A stretch of DNA of 64,000 bases from Macrostomum lignano. Its lineage: Eukaryota. The stretch is from contig NIVC01001916.1 of assembly GCA_002269645.1 (NCBI GenBank), forward strand, positions 124,001-188,000, written 5' to 3'. The notes beneath the pieces were generated by a model. It was not told the DNA's origin. It was given only the letters and a program-made list of their open reading frames with translations, and did not search any database. The position numbers were made by a program, and so were the translations under genes. Each line of letters opens with the position of its first letter. Position 1 is the stretch's first letter. Of this stretch, positions 1-9,838 are shown one piece after another.

Positions 1-1092
1 CTTAAAGAACTGGGACAAATAAACCATAAAGTTCAACTTAATTTCCTCGTATGTAATGTAACTGTGTAGACCTCAACACATTCATAGATTATAGGGCCTA
101 TTAGGCTATTATATTCTACAATAATATAGGGCTAGGGCCTCAGTCGACAGTCTAAGGCTATAGCAGTAAGCAGTTATGTAGGTACTTATGTAGGCCTATG
201 ACTGTGTCTTAGGCCTATGTCTAGTCTAGAAGTATTTTTTTCATGTAGGCCTAGTTTATGTAGTCTGTATATATTTGATAATGATAGGCCTAGGCCTACA
301 GGCTACATATTCATTTTTTGTCATTTTGTGATTTTTTCAACAAATCATTTTTTGTGATTTTTGTCACAGAAAAATATCTATCTAGCCTTTGTTTTTATTG
401 TAGGCCTATGGTTATGGATTAGGTTGTGGGCAATGTAGGATGATAATTACAAACTATGTGAGACAGGCATTAATAATAGCTCTAATACTTTTAAATTTTA
501 CTCGTTTTATGTTTGCCTTTCTTAGAAAAACCTTTATTCAAATCTGCGTGAAATATTTGTTTGAATGTTGTAGTTTGCAAAAATATTTCTGCAATTATTA
601 TTTTGTTTAAACTATAACGAATTTTGGGTATAAATAGACACGCTGAGCAGACTTGAGGAAGCAACCGTTTGCTGCCTCTCAGTTTTTGATAAGCAAATTT
701 AGTTTGTTCTAAATATTGAAATCGCTTAAAGACTTAATCATTTCTTAGAGTATAAGAACCCCAATTGGGAGTATCAGAAACTGCTACAAGCGAGAAACTG
801 CCTCAGGGCAGTAAATTATAAATTCGCCTCAGGGCAGGAGAACCACCTCATAACGAGAGAAGATCGCCTCAGGGCAGAGAAAGAGCATAAGCTGTGACCC
901 TCTGATCCAGGGAACGCCCAGGACTAAGAGAATAATATTAGGAGAAGCATAGGAATAGAATAGACAGTGCTATTAGACCGCTCAGGCTAGAAAGTACAAT
1001 AGAAGTACATATGCTACCAATAGAAGTACATGCGCTACCAGTAGAAAGACAATTAATAACCAGTAAAATTATTAAGGAGAAATAGCTTTATT

Positions 1093-1303
1093 ACAACTTT
1101 GGGTGGCATTTAGGATTCTCAGTGTACAGGGAAGAGCACTATGACAACTTGGTTACAGCGGTAGGATTTTGTATCGTACGGGAAACCCCTAGCACAACTT
1201 GGTGGCATAACGGTGGAATTCTTATAGAGAGCCAAAAGGCCTGTAACAACTTTGGTGGCAGCTAGTAAGGCTAGCAAAAGGAATAATTAAGAGCCCTACG
1301 ACA
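1093..1303 (+). repeat. Array of four ~51-bp units, each ACA-ACT(T)-TGGTGGCAGCGGTGGGATT-like (LTR 3' end plus tRNA-Leu primer-binding-site-like motif), with dissimilar spacers
   Basis: Units start at 1093, 1144, 1194 and 1246: acaactttgggtggcatttaggattc / acaacttggttacagcggtaggatt / acaacttggtggcataacggtggaattc / acaactttggtggcagctagtaagg. The consensus is complementary to the 3' CCA end of eukaryotic tRNA-Leu(AAG/UAG). Confidence 0.6.
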
Positions 1304-2662
1304 TATGTGAATGTGAGTTTGCTATACTATATTGCTACATGTATGTTTTTAATTAAATACTTTTTTTGTTTTAAAACATGATACTTATAGTTATAGAAAG
1401 TTAAAATACTAATACAAATAAATTAGAAAACAACTTAATATGCTAAATTATAGGCACCCTATGGCCTATCTATTACACAAGGGAAAAAGAACTTAAAACA
1501 TGAGTTAAAGCAAAAAATGCTAAAGAAATGCTTTTCTATTAGGCCTATAGTCTTATATTTTAGGCCTATTATAGACTTTTTAGGCTTAGTTAGCCTACAA
1601 AGGTTTTGGAAATTCTAGCTATATTAATTTTTTTATCAATAGAGATTGGTGATAAAGGTTACCCTATTGAAATAAGTTTCAAAAACCTGTAGACACGCAA
1701 CACGGGTGCCAAAATTGTGCCCTCAAAAGTGCAACACAATACCAAATTTTGTTGACTAAGGCCAAGGGGTAGCAACACGCAACACAACACTAATGTCTAT
1801 TGACCAAATGACCGGGGGACACCACAGCAGCCACATTGCAATTGACAATTCCCATTCTGCTATTCACTCCCAATACCAAGACCATAAGGCAAGGGACGAG
1901 AATATTCCTTTCAATTTTGTGGAAAAAGAAATAAAATTTAAAAATAATAAACAGTAAAATAACAAAGGTACAACATTTAGAAAAATAATGCACACATTGT
2001 AACTAACAAATAACATTTCTAAAAATTATATTTGAAGTATTAGTTACTTTACCATCAAAATAAAAAAGAACAATTCAAGAACTAGTTATTACCAAATATG
2101 TTTGAAACATTTAAATACCAAGAAACAACTGTGAACATATTACAATGAAACACAGTTTGCGAGGTTTTGGCTATAGATCTAGGCCGCAAGGTGACACATG
2201 ATGATGCCAGCCACCAAGTTGCCACACTGTCACGTCGCGCAACGCAATGCATGATGACACCAGGTTTCCACAGTGTTGCCCCACATGACATACCACTTGA
2301 CACCACTGTTGCGCAACACGACACCAGGAGAATCCGAAAATGCAACAGATGGTCATCCGCATTTTGTCAACTTATTCCAATAGGGAAAGGTTAAAAAGTG
2401 ATATATTAAGCATGTAGCGTATTCACTATATTATAAGTATTGTAGCGTATTTCTATTTTCTATAATATTCTATAACATGCTTAAATCTTCATATTCTAGA
2501 AAGTTCCCCAACTAAACAACGCGCATATACAGTATAAGATAGTGTACTTGACTTACTTGACTTAGCTGCAGGGGGCGTCCGGCGGATGCAGCGAGGAGGC
2601 GGAGGAGACCGCCCATTCCGCTAGCCCCTGGCGACCAACGACTTCCGTTGAAGTGGTGTCGC

Positions 2663-5600
2663 TCAGGGGGACCCGTCGGTCTCGCCTGCAGCGCGGTCCT
2701 CCTCACCGACGGTGGGGAAGAAATCAGCTCGTCCGGTGTCCCTGAGGTACCGGGCGAGCAGCGGGATGCTCTCGGGCCTGCAAACGTCGGAGAGAACCGG
2801 GTTTGGCCCGAGGTGAGTAAGCCTGGCCCTGGTGAAAACCGGGCAGTGGCAGATAAAATGCTCGGCGTTTTCACTGCCTGAGCGGCAGAAGGGGCACCGC
2901 TCCTCGGGTACTTGGCCCTGAAGGAAGCGGTGGCGAGAGAAGCAGCCATGCCCGGAGAGGGCCATGCTAACTGCTCTGAGGTCTCTGCGGTTGAGCCTGA
3001 GGAGGGCTCTACGCAGGAGAGGAGAGGGACAGGGGACGGCAGCACGGGATTGCCTACAATTCCGGGTGTCGTGCCACCTGCGGAGATGCTCGGAGTCAGC
3101 CCAGCGCTTAACGCGGGAATTGATTACCGAGGCGGGGATGGGGGCACCCGGGCCCGGCCCCAATAGCGCGCCGGCGGAGCCAGCCTTGGCCAGCAGGTCA
3201 GCGCGCTCGTTGCCGAGGAAGCCGGCGTGGCCCGGGATCCATCTGAGCTCCACCTGGTTGCCTAGCGCAAGCCCGTTGAGCTGGGTGTTGCAGTCCAGGA
3301 CGGACCTGGAGCTGGCGGTGCTGCGGCAGAGGGCCCGAAGGGCTGCTTGGCTGTCAGAGTGAAAAATAAATTTCCGGCCGCTAAGCTGCCTTCGGCGCAG
3401 CTCTGCCGCGCAGGAGCTGATGGCAAGCACCTCGCTCTGAAAAACACTGGAGTTGAGCCCAGTGTGCTGGGAGTAGCTCCACACCACTTCTCCCTTGAAG
3501 AAGACGCAAGCTCCGAAGCCTGAAAGACCATGCCTCATAGAGCCGTCAGTGTAACAGTGGACTTCAGAGTCGCTCCAGCTGTCACTCGCCTCGTGTCGAG
3601 GCTGAATGGTGACCTTATACCTTTGGCTCAGGAGAAGGGTGGCTGGGATCGAGTCCGTGAGGATGTTGAGCCCGCCACACTCCTCGAGAGCCTTGAGGCA
3701 GAGGTCAGAGTGCGGGATAAGCGACCGCTTCTTAAAGGCCCGCACTTTCTTGAAGGCCACCCCAGCATCTAGAAGACGCCGGGTGCTCTTCGCCGCCTCT
3801 CCTTTGATATAAATATCCAAAGGAGGGGCACAGAGGAAGGCATTCATGCCTTCAAAAGGAGTAGAGGGTGGAGCGCCCATAGTCATGCGGCAGGCTCTGC
3901 CCTGGATTTTGTAGAGAGCGTCGAGGTTGCTCTTGACGCTCAGGCCGCTAGCCCACACGAGGCTGGCGTAACTGATCGAGGGGCAGATGATGGCAGTGTA
4001 AATCCACCACAGCTTCCTGGGGGTGAGCCCCCAGGTGGTGCCCACGGCGCGCCTGATCTGAGCCAGTACAGCCAGGGCTTTTTTGGCTTTAGTTTGAATG
4101 TGCGGAGTCCAGTTAAGCCTGTGGTCCAGAGTGAGGCCCAGGCAGCGGACCTGCTTCTCCATGGAAATATTCTTTCCATAGAGGGTGAGGGGCTTAATGG
4201 TCCAGAGCAGTTTGTTGGTAAACATGACTGCTGTGGTTTTCGACTCTGAGAGTCTAAGGCCACATTGGTCTGCCCAACGCTCTGCTCGTCCCAGAAAGCC
4301 CTGCAGAAGGTCTCTGATGGTATCAACCGAGGGGCCCGCGCATATCGCGGTCACATCATCGGCATAGCCCACCTTGAGAATGGGGTCGTGGAGATCACTG
4401 CAAAGCAACTCATCCATGACCATGTTCCAGAGAACGGGGGTGAGAACGCCACCCTGGGGGCCCCCTTTCAGGACAGGCACCGAAAGAGAGCTGCCGCTCA
4501 GGTGGGCCACAACAGTGCGGTTTCGGATCATGAACATGATCCACCGGACAAGGTGAGGGTGCGTGGCCCTGGATTCCAGGGCTCTGCAAAAGGCCTCGAA
4601 GATGACGTTGTCGAAGGCCCCCTCAATGTCCAGGAAAAGCGAGAGGGCAAAGCCGCTGCCAAGAACGGCCCTCTCCAGGAAGTCAACAATGACATGGAGA
4701 GCACTCTCGGTTGACCTGCCCGCGCGGAAGGCGTGCTGGTTCTGCGAGAGTGGGAAGCGCTTCAGCTCGACCGAAAGTAGGCGCCAAAGCACCAGTCTCT
4801 CGAGGAGCTTGAGGCAGAAAGAAGTGAGGCTGATAGGCCTGAAGGCCTTCACCGATTGGTAGTCGCTCTTTCCAGGCTTGGGGATAAAGACCACCCGGGC
4901 CTCTCTCCATGCAACTGGTACATAGCCCAGCTCCATACAAGCTCGAAGGAGACGACAGAGCAGGTCCAGGAAGCGGTGGTTTTTCACCGCCTCGTGCAAG
5001 AACGCTGGGTAGATGCCGTCGGGCCCAGGCGCCTTGAACGGGTTAAAGGACCTTGCCGCTCTAATAATGCGGTCTTTGGTGATCATAGACTTTGCTAGGC
5101 CTTGCCCTCCCACTGTGTGGTCGGGCGGGCCCTGCTGAGTCGGAGATTTAGGGAAAAAACTGTTGAGCATGAGCTCTAGAGTCTCTTCCGAACTCTCTGT
5201 GACCGAGCCGTCAGGTCTCTTCACAACAGAGAGTTTAGAAAAACGGTCATTAGTGAGTGCCTTAACCACGCGGGCTACGGGGCGAGAGCCCTCAAGCCCT
5301 TCGCAATATTGGCGCCACTTGGCCGTCTTGGCCCTTCTGACTTGGCCCTTAAACTCGTGGATCGCACGGGTATAGGCCTCTCTGTCAGATGGGTCTTTGG
5401 TTTTGAGCGCTCGCCTTTGGAGGGTCCTGGCTCGGCGCCGAAGGGCCCCGAGCTCTGGGTTCCACCAGGGAGCAGATTTCTTGCCTTTATAGGCCTTTAG
5501 GGGGCAGGCTGCTTCAAAGGCAGTGGTGATCGCCCCGCCCAGGGAGGAGGCGAGATCGTCCACCACCTGGCAGTCAGAGAGGTCACTGGGGGGGTCAAGA

Positions 5601-6366
5601 TCCCGAAGGCCGCGGCTCAGCTTCGAGCCAAAGGCGGCCCAATCGGTGTTCCTGACGTTCCGACTCCAAGTGACCTTAGGCTTTTGCTTGGTCGGCCCAA
5701 TGCAAAAGCGGATAAAGCGGTGGTCCGAGAGCAGTCCTCGTCCCACACTCGCCAGCCCGTAACTGCGGAAAGCAGTCCGGGTGAGGCGATGGTGGTGTCG
5801 ATGACTTCGGCCCACCGCCCATTATTGAACGTTGGTGCATTGCCCACGTTACAGAAGTTGAGGTTAGTGCTGCTGACATAGGCCAGCAGCTCCTCGCCTC
5901 TGCTATTGATGTTCTTGCTGCCCCAATGCAGGTGGTGTGCGTTCACATCCCCTGCAATGAGCAGCTCGAACCGATGGGACGCAGCATAGTCAGTAAGGTT
6001 GACTAACGCGTCGCAGACAACTGGGGCATCGCCCGGGAAATAGGCAGAAGCTACCAGCACAGGTTTATTGGGAATGAGGTTATTGATTTGAACAACACAG
6101 ATGTCCCCAGTCGAGAGATCAGGTCTCATCCATGCCTCAAAAGCTTTTGCAGCAAAGACCAGAGATCTTGGGCGAGGCTGAGAGCCCGCCATGCAAAAAC
6201 AGTGGTAGCCAGATGGCACATTATTTGGCTTACCTTTAGTCATCCAGGGCTCCTGTACGAAGACCAGGCCCGGAAGCTGTTGCTCTGCCGTGCGCATCAG
6301 GTTGACCGACGCCGCCACGCAGTGCTGGGTGTTGATCTGCAGACACCAGGTAGTCGCTGGCATCAT
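2663..6366 (-). CDS. LINE ORF2 (AP endonuclease - reverse transcriptase - RNase H - CCHC), split by one 1-nt deletion at ~5733
   Basis: APE motifs CLQINTQH, VQEPW, GDVNAHH, IDTT, SDH. RT motifs KAPGPDG, RPISL, QHAFR, GGPQGGVLTP, YADD. RNase H motifs YTDGS, SEVLAI, SDSQAAL, WIPGH, GNERADLLAK. C-terminal CPFC..EHFICHC. Restoring one base converts WDEDC into DEDSLSDHRFI and joins ORF-track 5617..6366 to 2663..5815. Confidence 0.93.
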
Positions 6367-7883
6367 TGCAGATCGGATGTTGCAGCCGCCAGGAGTTCCT
6401 CCTCCTCCTCGGCGCTCACCGGCTTCGGGTCGGGGTCGCCGGTGTCCATGGGCTCTTCTTCAGCAAAAGGCCCCCGATTGGCCAGAAGGCAGTAGGCAGC
6501 GTTCGCCGCCCTTTGCCCACCATCCATAGGGTCCTCCGCCTCAGATTGGCCCAATGCCCTGGAGCAGCCAGCCGCCTGGGCAGGCGGGTCCGTCTCCAGT
6601 CGGCCCTGCCCCGAGGGGTTGGGCCCAGCTGGGACGTCCCCACCCTCCCTGGACGAACTGGTGCGCCTAGGCGTCCCGGCGACCTCTCGCCTCAGCTGGG
6701 AGATTTTGGCGGTACGGACTGCCTCAGCTGCACGCTGGTACAGGCCGCGCCGCTTGGTGCTGCGCGCCGGGCGTCGGTCGCCTCCGCCCTCAGCAGCGCG
6801 CTCAGCTTTGCCCGCGCGGCCGTGCTGCCGGGCAGGGCGGTTTGCTTTGGCAGTCTGAGCAGAGGCTTGCGCCTCGGCCCCGGTCGTCTCCGCATCCCGC
6901 CCGCCCTGCTCACTGCCACGGGGAGGGTCGGCCTCGTAGGAGCGGATGCGCAGCTTCCAAAGGCCGACGTTGATGAAGCTGCCGTGTGGATAACGCCTCA
7001 TCCAGGCGTCCGACAGCCCCAGGATGGCTGTGAAGCCAGTGCCGTCGGTGCGCTTAAGGGTGTCATGCACCACTAGGCCCGCGGCGGGAAGCTCCCAGTT
7101 GACTGCTAGCAGTCCTTTCCGGAGCTCGTCAGCAGAGGTAACAACGCTCCTGGCCGGGACCCAGATTCGATGCCTCTTGGTCCGGGGGCGCTCGTCCTCT
7201 CTGCAGAAGGCTAGGTTGAGGTCCCAGCTCTGCTCGGGCAGCAGCTCAAGGAGCCGCCGACCCGAGTCAGCATCACTGGGCCAAATGAGAAGGCATGAGT
7301 CCCTCGTCGCATTCGAATGAATGTTCAGAGGCGTGCCCTTCAGAGTTTGCTTCCACAGGAGGCCATCAACGGCACTTCTCACCTGCTTCAGCTGATCGGG
7401 AGACAGGCGCGCGTCCTTTCCCAGGATGACAACCGCCGGTTGCCTCTTTGCCGCATCAGCGTAGGAGGCCCGGGGGTCAGTGGAGCTTTCTTCAGGTGGG
7501 CTGTCCACCCTCCCGGCTGCATCGGCCTCCCTATCCTGGGCAGGGGCTTCCGTGGGCTCGAGGCCCTCTTCCGCCACCGCCCCAGACTGGGAAGCTTCCG
7601 CTGCCGCGGGCCGTTGGCCCCTGGCACCGGTTTGGCTTCCGCCCTCCTTGGCCCGCCTCGCCTTGTTAAGTCGACGGCGGGCAGCTCCAGAGGTGGTGCT
7701 GCGTTTCTTAGCAGCTAGAGTAGCAGGTGTCTTCTCGGAGGCACCGCTCAGAGTTGGCTCCACGGGTCTCGCCGAGGCGTCCCCGATGGTAGCAGGTGGT
7801 ATGGCCAAGGAGTCCACGGCCCCAGCCGAGGCCGGAGGCACTGTGTCATCCACAGCCAGTTTGTTACTTCGGTTAGAAGCCAT
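6363..7883 (-). CDS. LINE ORF1 (gag-like nucleic-acid chaperone; central region DUF4780-like)
   Basis: Open frame from ATG 7883 (MASNRSNK) to TGA 6363, ~506 aa, basic and low-complexity termini, directly upstream of ORF2. The DUF4780 resemblance (RHRIWVP...GFTAILGLSD...INVGLWKLRI) is judged by eye. Confidence 0.85.
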   Translation of the reverse strand: MASNRSNKLAVDDTVPPASAGAVDSLAIPPATIGDASARPVEPTLSGASEKTPATLAAKKRSTTSGAARRRLNKARRAKEGGSQTGARGQRPAAAEASQSGAVAEEGLEPTEAPAQDREADAAGRVDSPPEESSTDPRASYADAAKRQPAVVILGKDARLSPDQLKQVRSAVDGLLWKQTLKGTPLNIHSNATRDSCLLIWPSDADSGRRLLELLPEQSWDLNLAFCREDERPRTKRHRIWVPARSVVTSADELRKGLLAVNWELPAAGLVVHDTLKRTDGTGFTAILGLSDAWMRRYPHGSFINVGLWKLRIRSYEADPPRGSEQGGRDAETTGAEAQASAQTAKANRPARQHGRAGKAERAAEGGGDRRPARSTKRRGLYQRAAEAVRTAKISQLRREVAGTPRRTSSSREGGDVPAGPNPSGQGRLETDPPAQAAGCSRALGQSEAEDPMDGGQRAANAAYCLLANRGPFAEEEPMDTGDPDPKPVSAEEEEELLAAATSDLQ

Positions 7884-9838
7884 TGGCTGGAAGTAAAAAG
7901 GTGGGACTTCCTGCAGAACACAGGCAAAGAGATGCAAGGCCGCAACCCCAAACCAAGCGGCAGGCCCCCAAAAAGCAAAATACCACCCTGCGGGGGGACC
8001 CAAAAGCGCAAGGGGAACCGTTAGCGACCAGACTACTCCCTGGCCAAGCGTCCATCAGCACGGAGTTACACTGGGACATTAGAGGGTGCGTTTATGGTCA
8101 CACCAGGACCCGGCGCCAACGAATCAGCTCGGCAGGGCCCAAGGGGGCCTGCCTTAACACCCACGGGACGAGTACCCTTCGAAGTGCGCCTTGCAAGGTG
8201 AAAATCAGGAGACAGAGTCTCTTGAGCTATCAGCCTGCCAGGGGAGGCAGGTGTGAGCATCGCTGGCTGGGATAAAGGCCATACCAGTCTCATACTGCAC
8301 AGATAGTTCACCACGCCATTACGTGCAGGACCCGGGGTCCTGGGGGCAACAGCCCCGGCAAGATAGTGTACAGTAAGTATAATACTTATATTCTAGAAAC
8401 TTCCTTGTAAACACGCACTTTCTATATTTGGTATTTTGAACTCCCGCACGCACCCTTTCTAGAAACTACTTCTTGAACTTTCCGGATTCCGGAATGTTCT
8501 ATTAACACGAATATAAATATATAGCACCCCAACACGCAATTATTCAACTCTCTTCCTTTTCCACACAGAAAACAATCAAAGCAAAACCAAAGTAAACAAA
8601 CCACCGCGTTTATGTCTCGATTATTTTCGCAATTTTACAAGCATAGTAATTTGTTAAGTAAATTAAATTTGTATAAAAAATATTAAGTCTAGTAGAAAAA
8701 CTTAGTTTTTTTTACAAAAAATGATCATAGCACCTAATAGACAAAATGCATTATAAGAATGTTTAAAGATATGAAAAGTTTTATAAGTTTTTTATGTCTT
8801 GACCAATTTTTGAAAGGTGTCTTTACTCATGCTAATAAGATCCATCAAATAGAATAAAAATACTAAAAAAGATTTTATCATTGCACTAGAACCTATAATG
8901 TAAGATATAATTATAAGTTTCAACTTTTTAAAACTTTATTTGCATAATCCTTAATGTCTAACTTATATCTTATTTGCATTTTATTTGTTTATATAATTTA
9001 TATATGCAAAGTATGAACCTCTTGAATAATAAGCATGTTATTATTTTAAAAAACATTTTTAATTTATAGATAAGCCTAATACCAATGCTGCTAAATTAGT
9101 AATTGTAATGAAAGTAAATTATTTAGTTTTAGTAGTATATCTAATCTAAAAGAGTAGCATAAGGGTAGCCAACATAAAATTTTGGCTTTTAAAATTCTTT
9201 TGTAAATTTTCATATAACCTAAACATATATTTTTTAAAATTAATTGGTTATACTTTTAAAGACTTAATAATGATTTATATAATGGCAATAGTTATTTTAT
9301 CATTTACTAGAATATGATAATGAAGTAGAGTAATAACATTGGTTTTACCTATTGCTCATTACCAGGTCCTATTTATTTATTATGCAAAAATAGCCAAGAC
9401 TATTCATCTTGACTTTAGTTCCTATCAACCTATCCTGTACACCTATTGTACACATAGCTTTATAGCTGACAAAATGCATTCATTTCTACTTTCTCAACCA
9501 TAAAGTCAAAGGCTATAAATTGCTTCCAATGATTCTTTCAAGCCTTGAAGTCATAGTTATTGTGTGGCCATAGTTATGTCTACATTTCTTGCCTAAAAAA
9601 CCTCCATATCTATCCATCTGTCCAAAGAATCCATAGCCCAACTCTACCATTAATATTTCTTCAAGATCAATTTCAAATCAAGAAGTCATTTTATTCGAGA
9701 GTCTAGAGAGTCTGTAAAACAGGATTTAGATGTTTAAATGCGAGGATTGTGTAAAAGTAGTATAGTAGGAAAGTAGCATTATTTTAGTCCAGTATGACAA
9801 AAAAACAGTTCCAAATTTCATGCCTAAGCTGTATAGCA

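Larger units (their letters stand above)
2548..8359 (-). mobile_element. Full-length non-LTR retrotransposon (LINE), LOA/R1-group-like, with RNase H
   Basis: Exact 12-bp TSD aagatagtgtac at 2536-2547 and 8360-8371. The 3' tail is a short tandem (TAAGTCAAG)x2 on the minus strand. It carries ORF1 and an ORF2 with APE, RT, RNase H and a C-terminal CCHC motif. Confidence 0.95.

Noticed and set aside
1093-1303. CRISPR array interpretation of the repeat-spacer pattern
   Set aside because: The context is eukaryotic, there are no cas genes, and the repeats are degenerate and match a tRNA PBS. It is kept as a PBS array instead.
8100-8260. Canonical HDV-like ribozyme in the LINE 5' UTR
   Set aside because: P3/L3-like and P4-like stems exist, but no compatible P1 and P2 pairings could be found by hand. 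It is reported only as a structured UTR.
2512-8314. Plus-strand and alternative-frame ORFs overlapping the LINE
   Set aside because: Shadow ORFs of GC-rich coding sequence with no recognisable motifs.
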